Origin: an uncultured Erysipelotrichaceae bacterium
Lineage (GTDB): Bacteria > Bacillota_I > Bacilli_A > RFN20 > CAG-826
Direction of reading: 5' to 3'
Length of the DNA: 64,000 nt
NCBI GenBank assembly: GCA_902768335.1
Contig: CACXKR010000001.1
Coordinates: forward strand, 17,205-81,204
This document shows positions 32,128 through 41,261 of this stretch, piece after piece. Numbering within the stretch: the first letter of the stretch is position 1; the number at the start of each line of letters is the position of its first letter. The position numbers were made by a program, and so were the translations under genes. A model generated the notes under the pieces. The model had not been told where the DNA came from. It saw nothing but the letters and a program-made list of their open reading frames with translations, and ran no database searches.

Positions 32128-33480
32128 TTACGATTTGAGTCTTGATCTAATGTCAGAAACAGCGGTTTGGAGGTTCGTATTAGTTTTCAACGATTTCTCC
32201 ACTTTGTTTACACCGGACATAACGGTCGAATGATCCTTGCCTCCGAACGTGTAACCTATTTTTGTGAATGGCACATCAAGCATTGTTCTAATAAGATACA
32301 TCGCTATATGTCTTGCGAGAGTGTAATTACTTTCTCTTGATGGTCCTGTTATTTGCGATGGGGTCAAATGATAATAATCTGCAACGACATCAATAATCTT
32401 TTGCTCAGACAATTTTTGGTTAGCGTCTTTAACGTTAATTAAGTTTTGGAGAGCTTCCATTGCGATGGTCATATCGATATATTTGGTTGGTCTGAAATTT
32501 GTGACGTACCAGATAATACGATTGAGTGCGGAGTCAATTTCCCTGACATTTTTCGAGAATTTTGATCCAATGAAGTCCAAAACAGCTGGATCAAATGAAT
32601 TAATATCCAACGGACTATTTTCAATTTTTGATTTCAAGATAGCGACACATGTAGGAACTTCTGGTTGGGCGATAACAACCATTAATCCAGAAGCGAATCT
32701 CGTTTTTAATCTGTCTTCGAATCCTTTTAATTCCGAAGGAGCTTTATCACAAGTGATAACGATTTGCTTTCCTGACGCCATCAATCTGTTGAATATATCA
32801 AAGAAGAAAACTAACGTTTGGTCTTTGTTTGCTAGTAGTTGAATATCGTCAACAAGAAGAGCATCATACGAGCAAATATATTTTTTAAGAGCCTCGATTT
32901 GCTTTGCTCCAGAAGCCATCTCAATAAACTCTTGTAAAAGATCGCCAGATTCGCAATATAATGCCTTTTTGCCGGGCATTTTTTCACGAATGAAGTTTAA
33001 AATACCTTGCAAAAGATGGGTTTTTCCTAGACCAGGATTTGAATAAATAAATAAAGGATTGAAGTTCGCACCAGGATTAGATGCGATATACATAGCAGCT
33101 TGTTTTGCTTCCAAGTTGCTAGGTCCTGTAACAAAGTTGTCAAAGGTCAAATTTGGGTTAACAACTGAATTTTTAAAATACAATGGTTTATCTTCGGTTG
33201 GAGCGGTCGATTTCAAATTTTCTGCAACGTCAAATTTTAGTTTGACTGAAGTGCCAACTATTGATTTAACCGCATCTTGTAAAGCTCCAAGATATTTGGT
33301 GGAGAGAATCGTAGCGGCTAATTTAGAGTTAACACAAACAACCATTTGATTCCCTTCGTAGGAATGAATGTAGGATTCAGATAAGAAAACATCGAAAAAG
33401 CGCACATCTTCAATGCTATCTCTTAATTTTGCGGTGATCCCAGACCACAAGTTTTTGAGTTCAGTAATTGTCTCAGGCAT
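32128..33480 (-). CDS. dnaA: chromosomal replication initiator DnaA
   Basis: AAA+ Walker A GLGKTHLL and C-terminal DNA-binding domain. Confidence 0.97.
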   Translation of the reverse strand: MPETITELKNLWSGITAKLRDSIEDVRFFDVFLSESYIHSYEGNQMVVCVNSKLAATILSTKYLGALQDAVKSIVGTSVKLKFDVAENLKSTAPTEDKPLYFKNSVVNPNLTFDNFVTGPSNLEAKQAAMYIASNPGANFNPLFIYSNPGLGKTHLLQGILNFIREKMPGKKALYCESGDLLQEFIEMASGAKQIEALKKYICSYDALLVDDIQLLANKDQTLVFFFDIFNRLMASGKQIVITCDKAPSELKGFEDRLKTRFASGLMVVIAQPEVPTCVAILKSKIENSPLDINSFDPAVLDFIGSKFSKNVREIDSALNRIIWYVTNFRPTKYIDMTIAMEALQNLINVKDANQKLSEQKIIDVVADYYHLTPSQITGPSRESNYTLARHIAMYLIRTMLDVPFTKIGYTFGGKDHSTVMSGVNKVEKSLKTNTNLQTAVSDIRSRLKS

Positions 33481-33558
33481 AAATTCACCTTCCTTCGGTT
33501 GTTTACAAGTATACTATTAATGAAATTAATATCAAACACAATTTTTAAAGATTTAATT

Positions 33559-33858
33559 TTTTCCACAGAAATAGCAATAAATTAGTATCGAATTCATCGA
33601 AACTTTCAGAGTTTTCCACAATTTTTGCATTGTTTTGAAATTGTGATGTGGATTCTGTGGATTACTTTAAAAAATAGTTTTCAACAATTCGAACGTTATT
33701 CACATTTAAAAATTCTCAAAAAACTTCGACCCAATCGAAACTAAACTGATTTATTAACAATTCACAAACGCTTGTTATCAACACCATGTGGAATCCACAA
33801 CTTTTTATAATGTAAACGCTTACAAATTGACAACTATTATTGGCAAAATTGTGGATAA
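33559..33858. promoter_or_regulatory. oriC DnaA-box cluster upstream of dnaA
   Basis: Boxes are TTTTCCACA at 33559-67 and at 33612-20, TGTGGATTC at 33647-55 and TGTGGATTA at 33656-64. TGTGGAATCCACA at 33787-99 is an inverted pair. TGTGGATAA at 33850-58 is a perfect match. Confidence 0.7.
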
Positions 33859-33925
33859 AATCTATTCTCACCACTTGTTAGTATATTAAAGAAATCGCAT
33901 ACCCGCACACCTGCATAATTTATCT

Positions 33926-33954
33926 TTGACTTATCACACACACGCTTATATAAT
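33926..33954 (+). promoter_or_regulatory. sigma-70-type promoter for rpmH-rnpA operon
   Basis: -35 TTGACT, 17-nt spacer, -10 TATAAT. Confidence 0.6.
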
Positions 33955-33990
33955 TTTCTCGCGTGTTAAAAACACAAGGAGATTTACCTT

Positions 33991-34125
33991 ATGAAAAGAA
34001 CTTATCAACCAAGCAAGAAACACAGACGTAATGTTCATGGTTTCCGTAACAGAATGTCCACAGCAAGTGGCCGTAAAGTTTTAGCTGCAAGACGTAGAAA
34101 AGGAAGAGCAACTTTAACAGCTTAA
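33991..34125 (+). CDS. rpmH: 50S ribosomal protein L34
   Basis: [44 protein letters not shown] (44 aa). It is too short for the ORF track. SD AGGAG 8 nt upstream. Confidence 0.9.
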   Translation: MKRTYQPSKKHRRNVHGFRNRMSTASGRKVLAARRRKGRATLTA

Positions 34126-34131
34126 TTTTTC

Positions 34132-34455
34132 ATGAAAGTTTTAAATCGCATTAAAAAGAATGTTGAATTTAACAAAGTGATCGATGAAGGCCAAATCATT
34201 AAGGCGGATTCGGTCACAATATACTTTCAAGAAAACGCATTAGGTTATACTCGAATTGGAATTTCAATTCCAAAAAAGAGTGGAACAGCGGTCGTTCGTA
34301 ACAAGATGAAACGACAAATAAGAGCAATCATTGCTAGCGACATATCTTTAGATAAAAGTGTCGACGCCGTGATCATCGCTCGCAAGAATTACGATATTTC
34401 CAATTTTTTAAAAACAAAGGAAGATATCAAAGAATTATTTAAAAAAGTAGGATAA
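34132..34455 (+). CDS. rnpA: RNase P protein component
   Basis: It sits 6 nt after rpmH and is a basic protein of 107 aa. Confidence 0.9.
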   Translation: MKVLNRIKKNVEFNKVIDEGQIIKADSVTIYFQENALGYTRIGISIPKKSGTAVVRNKMKRQIRAIIASDISLDKSVDAVIIARKNYDISNFLKTKEDIKELFKKVG

Positions 34456-34459
34456 ACGC

Positions 34460-36022
34460 GTGAAAAGAGTACACAAAATTGGATTAATTTCTGCCGGTTT
34501 ATTGGCAATTACTTTTGTGGCATCTGCTTGTACAGCAAGTTTTTGTACTACAAAAGATAAAAGTAGAATACTTTTCGCAGTTGAACCAGGGGTCTCGACC
34601 TATTACAACACAGAAGCTGATGCTGATGCAGCGTTAGCGACATTAGATAGTCGTTCGTTCAAACAACAAGTTGAAGGATCGAATGTCTGGCGTGTTGTTG
34701 GAAAAGATTCCGAGAATAACTTTGCCATGTACGATTACAAACAAGCGCAATTTGTTAAACTCACCCAACTCGAAGGTATCATAAAAAATGCTGCAAACAA
34801 CGGTGCATATCGTCCATCAGATAGATATTTTGCTGCTATGGACCAAAAAGTTTTGGTAAAAGCTTTTGAAACCGCCGGAAAATCTTTAACAGAAACAAAT
34901 GTTGAAGAAGTCAGATCGATATTATCTGATTACGGTTATGTTAAGTATTATGGTGAAAACAATCTTTGGGAAAACTATGATGCTTTAAATAACCAATTAG
35001 CTCAAGAATTACCTCTTGGCTATGATGAATGTGCATCCGCAGGTTTTATTAGTGTTTACAAGAGCAACATGGATTCTGTTGTGAATGCAAATAGATCCTG
35101 TATTACAGTAATCGAAGGTAGCTATGGTAACTACGGACAATTCCATGAAACTGTCCATCTCGAAAAAGTTACATGGGGTGATGCTTGGCACAAAGGCGGC
35201 GCAGTCATTGAAGGTTTGATTGTCTATCCAGTTGCATGGATGGTTGACCAATTCGCATATATGATTGCAGGTGGAGCATCTGCCGGAGCAGACGCAATTA
35301 ATAGCGCATATCAAAGCGGTATTCCACAATTACTATCATTATTGATAGTAACAGTTATTGTTAGATTGTTTATTTTTTTGGTTTCGTTCAGATCAACATT
35401 GTCGCAACAAAAGATGCAACAACTTCAACCTGAATTGGCTAAGATTCAACAAAAATATCCAAACGCGAATACCAATGCTGCCCAAAAGCAAAGACTCGCT
35501 GAGGAACAAATGAAACTTTATAAGAAGTATCATATTAATCCGTTCTCTCAATTACTCGTGCTTATTGTTCAATTCCCAGTCTTTATTGGTGTTTGGGGCG
35601 CTATGACTGGATCTGCTGTATTATCAACAGGTTCCGTTTTAAACCTCAATCTCTCCGCTTCTATTTGGAATACGCTCACATATACTGATGGTTTACCATC
35701 TAATATGCATGGTTGGTGGACAGCTCTTACATTAATTATATTAATGTCTGTTGCCCAATTCCTCGCTATGAAGATTCCACAATGGCTTGCTAAGAGAAGA
35801 ACAAAGAAGATTGCTCGTTTAAGCAAGAATCCTGCTCAAACACAACAAACTCGTACTGCTAACATTATTAGCTATGTAATGCTAATCATGATTGTTGTCA
35901 TGGGCTTTACTCTACCAGCAGCTATGGGTGTTTATTGGTTGATTGGTGCTCTCGTTTCATTAGCACAATCTTTGATTATCCAATTTATCTTTGCTAAAAA
36001 AGGTAACAAAATCAAAAAATAA
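34460..36022 (+). CDS. yidC: membrane insertase YidC, lipoprotein form with large N-terminal extracytoplasmic domain
   Basis: GTG start, lipobox VASAC, and a conserved insertase core from about residue 290. It is 520 aa. Confidence 0.85.
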   Translation: MKRVHKIGLISAGLLAITFVASACTASFCTTKDKSRILFAVEPGVSTYYNTEADADAALATLDSRSFKQQVEGSNVWRVVGKDSENNFAMYDYKQAQFVKLTQLEGIIKNAANNGAYRPSDRYFAAMDQKVLVKAFETAGKSLTETNVEEVRSILSDYGYVKYYGENNLWENYDALNNQLAQELPLGYDECASAGFISVYKSNMDSVVNANRSCITVIEGSYGNYGQFHETVHLEKVTWGDAWHKGGAVIEGLIVYPVAWMVDQFAYMIAGGASAGADAINSAYQSGIPQLLSLLIVTVIVRLFIFLVSFRSTLSQQKMQQLQPELAKIQQKYPNANTNAAQKQRLAEEQMKLYKKYHINPFSQLLVLIVQFPVFIGVWGAMTGSAVLSTGSVLNLNLSASIWNTLTYTDGLPSNMHGWWTALTLIILMSVAQFLAMKIPQWLAKRRTKKIARLSKNPAQTQQTRTANIISYVMLIMIVVMGFTLPAAMGVYWLIGALVSLAQSLIIQFIFAKKGNKIKK

Positions 36023-36034
36023 TAGGAGCATAAA

Positions 36035-36640
36035 ATGAAATCATATACTGCAAAAACAATTGAAGAAGCAGTTAAATTAGCATCTGAAGAACTTGGTATC
36101 CCTGAAGACGACTTAGTTTTCAAGGTAACCGAAGAGAAGAAAGGTCTTCTTTCTAAAAAAGCAGTTATCGAAGTGTTCGAATTAACAGATGTTATTGAAT
36201 TTGCTGAATCATACATCAAAGATGTAATCGAATCATTAGGAGTTTCTGGTGTCACAACCAAAGCATCCTTAGAAGACGATATTATTCATATCGAAATTGA
36301 TTCCGATCACAACCCAATATTAATTGGTAAAAACGGCGTAACCTTACAAGCCCTCAACGAAATAGTTCGTTTAGCGGTCTCTGGTAAGTTCCGTCGTAGA
36401 TTCCGTGTGTTACTAGACATCGGTGATTACAAGAACGCTAAGTATTCTAGAGTTGCTTCAATTGCTAGAAGAACAGCAAAAGAAGTTCAAAAGACTAAAG
36501 TTGATGTTACTCTTGATCCGATGCCATCGGATGAGAGAAGAATTGTTCACAACGTCTTAACCAACTTCTCTAACATCAAAACCGAATCTTCTGGCGAAGG
36601 ACATAGAAGAGCGGTCACAATTAAATATGTTGAAGAATAG
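36035..36640 (+). CDS. khpB: KhpB/Jag RNA-binding protein (Jag_N, KH, R3H)
   Basis: Conserved position after yidC and an R3H motif region. Confidence 0.8.
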   Translation: MKSYTAKTIEEAVKLASEELGIPEDDLVFKVTEEKKGLLSKKAVIEVFELTDVIEFAESYIKDVIESLGVSGVTTKASLEDDIIHIEIDSDHNPILIGKNGVTLQALNEIVRLAVSGKFRRRFRVLLDIGDYKNAKYSRVASIARRTAKEVQKTKVDVTLDPMPSDERRIVHNVLTNFSNIKTESSGEGHRRAVTIKYVEE

Positions 36641-36670
36641 AGAGTTTACTCTCTATTTTCATTAATAAAT

Positions 36671-37984
36671 ATGTTTGAGACAATCGTTGCATTAGCTACA
36701 CCTCCCTTAAAATCAGCCTTAGCGATTATTCGCTTATCGGGCGATGATTGTTTTAAGATTGTTTCAAAAGTTTTTTCTAAAGAGATAAAACCAAAACAAA
36801 ACAAAGAAATTCATTATGGTTTTATTCACGACGAAAATAAACAAATCGATCAAGTTGTTGCTTTATCTTATGTTAATCCTCATTCGTTTACTGGTGAGGA
36901 CAGCGTTGAAATAATTTGTCACGGATCTACTTTAATCGCGAACGAGATAGTATCGCTTTTAATCAAAAATGGAGCAAGAATGGCGACAAATGGAGAATTC
37001 TCCTCGAGAGCCTATTTGAACGGAAAAATTGATTTAGTTCAAGCTGAAGCGATAAACGACATCATAAATGCTACAACAATTGAAAGTAGAGATTTATCGA
37101 TGCTATCTTTGAAAGGCGAAACCTCGAATTTATTTAGGCCTATCAAAGAAAAAATAGCTGAAATTTTAAGTCAAATAGAAGTTAATATCGATTATCCAGA
37201 ATATGAAGATATTGAGGTTGTCACAAAAAGCAAGATAATCGATGTTTGCGGAGATATTTGCAAAAAAATCGATAATTTAATAGATGAAGGTGAGCACGCT
37301 AGAATTTATCGTGAAGGATTGAAAATTGCTATCGTTGGAAAACCAAATGTTGGTAAATCATCTATTCTCAATCGACTTATCAAAAGCGATAAAGCAATCG
37401 TTACTGATATAGCGGGCACAACAAGAGATATAGTTGAAGGTGATTTCAACTTAAACGGTGTCCCTTGTCATCTTTTCGATACAGCTGGATTAAGAGATTC
37501 GGATGATGTTATTGAACGAATTGGTATCGATAAATCTAAAGACGCGATTGAACAATCTGACCTAGTGATTTTTGTTATTGATGAGACAGGCTTAGATAAT
37601 GAGTTATACGATCTAGTGAAGAATAAAAAACATATCGTTGTCACAAACAAAGCCGATCTTGTTAAAGACAAAAACAACAAGAACATTTATATTTCAGCCA
37701 AAGAAAACGATGTTGAACCATTAATCAACGAAATCAAAAAAGTCATGGATATTGGCGAACTTAGCGTTAAACCATCATTTAATAACACTAGACAATTAGG
37801 GCTATTAAAGAATATTTCTTCTTCGTTAAAAACCGCAATTGAAGATGCAAAAAACGACCAACCTATTGATTTAGTTTCGGTTTCGATCATGGTCGCATAT
37901 AATGCTGCTCTTGATTTGATTGGCGAGAACAACAAAAACGATTTAACTGATGAAATTTTTTCAAGATTTTGTGTAGGAAAATAA
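36671..37984 (+). CDS. mnmE: tRNA modification GTPase MnmE
   Basis: G-domain GKPNVGKSS, DTAGLR, NKAD, and C-terminal CVGK. Confidence 0.95.
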   Translation: MFETIVALATPPLKSALAIIRLSGDDCFKIVSKVFSKEIKPKQNKEIHYGFIHDENKQIDQVVALSYVNPHSFTGEDSVEIICHGSTLIANEIVSLLIKNGARMATNGEFSSRAYLNGKIDLVQAEAINDIINATTIESRDLSMLSLKGETSNLFRPIKEKIAEILSQIEVNIDYPEYEDIEVVTKSKIIDVCGDICKKIDNLIDEGEHARIYREGLKIAIVGKPNVGKSSILNRLIKSDKAIVTDIAGTTRDIVEGDFNLNGVPCHLFDTAGLRDSDDVIERIGIDKSKDAIEQSDLVIFVIDETGLDNELYDLVKNKKHIVVTNKADLVKDKNNKNIYISAKENDVEPLINEIKKVMDIGELSVKPSFNNTRQLGLLKNISSSLKTAIEDAKNDQPIDLVSVSIMVAYNAALDLIGENNKNDLTDEIFSRFCVGK

Positions 37985-37985
37985 T

Positions 37986-38753
37986 ATGATTGATTCACAT
38001 TGTCACATTAATGATAAAGCCTTCGTATCTAAAGAATCGCAATACGTCAAAGACGCTATTGATAGTGGTGTTAATACACTTTTAGTAGTAGGTTGTGACT
38101 TTTTGAGTTCTCTTAAAGCCGCCGAAATAGCCTTTGTTTACAAAGAATGCTATGCTGCAGTTGGCATTCATCCGACAGATTCTAAATATGCAGATGAAAA
38201 AGATTTAGAACGCATTGAATTTTTGTTACAAAAAGAACATAAAGTCATCGCGGTAGGTGAAATCGGCTTAGATTATTATTGGGAAAAAGAAGAATCAATC
38301 AAAGAACACCAAAAAGAAATATTTATTAAACAAATAGATTTGGCCAATAAATACAATCTTCCAATCTCTATTCATTGTAGAGACGCTTATGAAGACTGTT
38401 TAAATATACTAAAAAAACACCCTGTTAAAAGAGGTGGCGTTATGCACTGCTATGGCGGTTCCAAAGAAATGATGACCGAATTCATTAAACTTGGATTCTA
38501 TATTGGTATAGGCGGAACTGTCACTTTTAAAAACGCAGTTAAGATTAAAGAAGTTGCTCAAGTCGTTCCTTCTGATAGATATTTATTAGAAACAGACGCT
38601 CCTTATTTAGCACCAACTCCTCATAGAGGAGAAGAGAACCATTCTAAATACCTGTTCTTAATTCGGGACCAGATTGCGCTTTTAAGAAATACAAGTCCTG
38701 AACAAGTAGACGAAGAAACGACAAAAAACTTTAAAACATTATTTAGCCTATGA
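37986..38753 (+). CDS. tatD: TatD-family metal-dependent DNase
   Basis: HCHINDKAF...GEIGLDYYW. Confidence 0.85.
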   Translation: MIDSHCHINDKAFVSKESQYVKDAIDSGVNTLLVVGCDFLSSLKAAEIAFVYKECYAAVGIHPTDSKYADEKDLERIEFLLQKEHKVIAVGEIGLDYYWEKEESIKEHQKEIFIKQIDLANKYNLPISIHCRDAYEDCLNILKKHPVKRGGVMHCYGGSKEMMTEFIKLGFYIGIGGTVTFKNAVKIKEVAQVVPSDRYLLETDAPYLAPTPHRGEENHSKYLFLIRDQIALLRNTSPEQVDEETTKNFKTLFSL

Positions 38754-39274
38754 AAATAGATGGTTTGATTGTGGTGGAAGGCAAAAGCGATGTAGCGTTT
38801 CTTTCCAGTTTCATCGATGCTGAATTTGTGATAACAAACGGCTCTGAAATATCTAAAGATACAATAAGTTATATAAAGAAAGCAGCTGAAACTAAACCTG
38901 TCTACGTATTGACTGATCCAGATTATCCAGGAGAAAGAATACGTAAAATCCTAGACGAGAATGTTAAAAATCTAAACCATTGCTTTATTAAAAAAGAAAA
39001 TTCAATCAAACACGGAAAGGTTGGAGTGGCAGAATCGACTAGAGAGGAAATCGAAACAGCATTAAAAAGCGCGATAAGAACAAGCAAAAACCAAGTTGGC
39101 AATTTAACAATTAACGATCTACTCGAATTGGGCTTAGTCGGTGAAGAAAATTCAGGTGATAAAAGAGACCAAGTTTGTAACGCGCTTCACCTAGGCCACT
39201 GTACCGCTAAAACTTTTCTAAAAAGACTAAATTACTGCAATATTAAAATTGAAGATTTAAAGAAGATATTATGA
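38750..39274 (+). CDS. rnmV: ribonuclease M5 (Toprim)
   Basis: IVVEGKSDVAFL...LTDPDYPGERIR. Confidence 0.8.
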   Translation: MKIDGLIVVEGKSDVAFLSSFIDAEFVITNGSEISKDTISYIKKAAETKPVYVLTDPDYPGERIRKILDENVKNLNHCFIKKENSIKHGKVGVAESTREEIETALKSAIRTSKNQVGNLTINDLLELGLVGEENSGDKRDQVCNALHLGHCTAKTFLKRLNYCNIKIEDLKKIL

Positions 39275-40086
39275 ATCAAGAAAACTATTTTGAAAAAATC
39301 AAATCCTATAAATATTTAGCTAACAAATCACTAGGGCAAAATTTCCTAATTAATCCGGAAACTGCGGGGAAAATAGTTGAAAATTTACAGCTTAATGAAG
39401 GTGAAGCAGTTCTCGAAATTGGTGCAGGACTTGGCTCATTATCTTTCTTTTTGGTCGATTCAAAATGCAGCATTGATCTTATTGATATTGATGAAAGAAT
39501 GCTGTCGTTTTTAAATGATAGTTTTGGTGGCCGAAATAACGTCACAATTAGGAGACAAAATATCTTAAAACAGGATCTTTCAAATTATGACAAAATCATC
39601 GGAAATCTTCCTTACTACATTACCTCTGGAATAATTGAACATATTTTAATAAGCGCAAAAAATGCAAAAAGAATTGTTTTGATGACTCAAAAAGAAGTTT
39701 ATCCAAAGCTTTTAAAAGATTTTAAGAGTCCGCTTTCGCTTTTATTAAACTATGTTTGTGAAATTTCTTCGCCTTTAAGTGTTTCTCGAAATAATTTTAC
39801 TCCCGTTCCACACGTTGACTCGGTCGTGTTCACTTTAGCCCCAAACAAGAATATTAAAAAGGATGAAAACAAAGAATTACTGAAGCTAATGAAACAATTG
39901 TTTCTTCACAGAAGAAAAACTATCCTTAATTGTTTACAAAATATTACAAAAGACAAAGTCGTTGCAGAAAAAATATTAAAAGAAATGAATGTTAATCCAC
40001 TTCTTAGACCTGAACAACTCGACATCGATTTTTATATTTCCTTATTAAAAGTGTTGAAGTCGATTGACTTCAATAATAGAATTTAA
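39271..40086 (+). CDS. rsmA: 16S rRNA (adenine1518/1519-N6)-dimethyltransferase
   Basis: LGQNFLINPE and SAM-binding LEIGAGLGSLS. Confidence 0.9.
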   Translation: MNQENYFEKIKSYKYLANKSLGQNFLINPETAGKIVENLQLNEGEAVLEIGAGLGSLSFFLVDSKCSIDLIDIDERMLSFLNDSFGGRNNVTIRRQNILKQDLSNYDKIIGNLPYYITSGIIEHILISAKNAKRIVLMTQKEVYPKLLKDFKSPLSLLLNYVCEISSPLSVSRNNFTPVPHVDSVVFTLAPNKNIKKDENKELLKLMKQLFLHRRKTILNCLQNITKDKVVAEKILKEMNVNPLLRPEQLDIDFYISLLKVLKSIDFNNRI

Positions 40087-40939
40087 TCGAGATATGTTTG
40101 TAAAAGCTTATGCAAAAATAAATCTATTCCTAGATGTTTTAGGAAAAAGAGAAGACGGGTATCACGATTTAAATATGGTCATGATTCCATTGGAACTTCA
40201 TGATTCAATTGAGATCGAGACATCTCACGTTCTTTCTGATTCTTTTATTACAACTGACCATATCGATTTACAAGTCACTAAATATAATCTGATTAACTCT
40301 ACTTTAAGAGAAATGAAAAAACGTTATGGTTTGAAGCAAAACTTCATTATTAACGTTCATAAAGAAATACCTATTTCCGCCGGTCTTGGCGGTGGTTCGT
40401 CTAACGCAGCAGCAGTTATTAAAGCTGTTAAACATTTAACAAAGTTAAAACTTGATAAAGAAGAGGAGATTAATTTAGGTGCTTCTTTAGGTGCGGACGT
40501 TCCATTTTGTTTAGCAAACACTCCAGCACATGTCGAAGGTATTGGTGAAAAAGTGACTCCTATCAAAATGAAAAAGAAATACGATGTCATTTTAATCAAA
40601 CCCGCTGAAGGCTTATCAACAAAACGCGTCTTCGAATTAGGCGATACATTGATTCTTGATCATGGCGATATTTCCGGTGTCATTAAAGGCCTAGAAACAG
40701 GCGATGAGGATTTACTTGAGAAATATATGTTCAACGCCTTAGAAAAACCATCTATTTCTCTTGTTCCTGAGATTCAAAAAATCAAAGACGAATTAAAGGA
40801 AGCCGGCTTCAAATTGGTAATGATGTCTGGCTCTGGTAGCTGCGTATTCGCTTTAACCACAAATCATAAATTTGCTTTGGCAAAATATCACGAATTCGAG
40901 AAAAAAGGTTACGAAATATATCTAACTAGGACTTTATAA
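40064..40939 (+). CDS. ispE: 4-diphosphocytidyl-2-C-methyl-D-erythritol kinase (GHMP kinase)
   Basis: ISAGLGGGSSNAAAV and AKINLFLDV. The start could instead be ATG 40094 (MFVKAYAKINLF), just after the rsmA stop. Confidence 0.85.
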   Translation: MTSIIEFNRDMFVKAYAKINLFLDVLGKREDGYHDLNMVMIPLELHDSIEIETSHVLSDSFITTDHIDLQVTKYNLINSTLREMKKRYGLKQNFIINVHKEIPISAGLGGGSSNAAAVIKAVKHLTKLKLDKEEEINLGASLGADVPFCLANTPAHVEGIGEKVTPIKMKKKYDVILIKPAEGLSTKRVFELGDTLILDHGDISGVIKGLETGDEDLLEKYMFNALEKPSISLVPEIQKIKDELKEAGFKLVMMSGSGSCVFALTTNHKFALAKYHEFEKKGYEIYLTRTL

Positions 40940-40940
40940 G

Positions 40941-41204
40941 ATGCTATTTATCGAATGTTTTGGTAAAAACGTTTATATCGATGACGAATTGGTGGGTTAT
41001 ATTTCTCCAGACGGAGACATGTTTGCAAATGGTCATAAATTTGGAACTTTGACACAAGACGGCGATATTTATATTCAAGGCGAATATTTAGGCTATATCG
41101 AAGACAATTATGACATTTATATTAGAGAAGAATTGGCGGGCTATGTAACGCCATCTCACGATTTAAAATTCGATAGCAAAGCCTTGATGAATGCAAAATA
41201 TTAA
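40941..41204 (+). CDS. small hypothetical protein with three degenerate ~20-aa repeats (x-Y-I-x-x-E-L/Y-x-G-Y-I/V)
   Basis: 87 aa with ATGA-style coupling to ispE (stop and start 1 nt apart). The repeats are NVYIDDELVGYISPDGD, DIYIQGEYLGYIEDNYD and IYIREELAGYVTPSHD. Confidence 0.4.
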   Translation: MLFIECFGKNVYIDDELVGYISPDGDMFANGHKFGTLTQDGDIYIQGEYLGYIEDNYDIYIREELAGYVTPSHDLKFDSKALMNAKY

Positions 41205-41212
41205 TTAAAGAT

Positions 41213-41250
41213 AAAAAAATCTCGCGCATTACACGCGAGATTTTATTTTG
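41213..41250. terminator. bidirectional rho-independent terminator (ispE operon / ppdK)
   Basis: aaaaaaATCTCGCG-cattaca-CGCGAGATtttatttt. Confidence 0.7.
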
Positions 41251-41261
41251 CTTAAAACCGA

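Noticed and set aside
33481-33990. Possible RNA gene (rnpB or tmRNA) in the largest intergenic gap
   Set aside because: DnaA boxes and a promoter fill the region, and no RNase P or tmRNA conserved motifs were seen. It is oriC.
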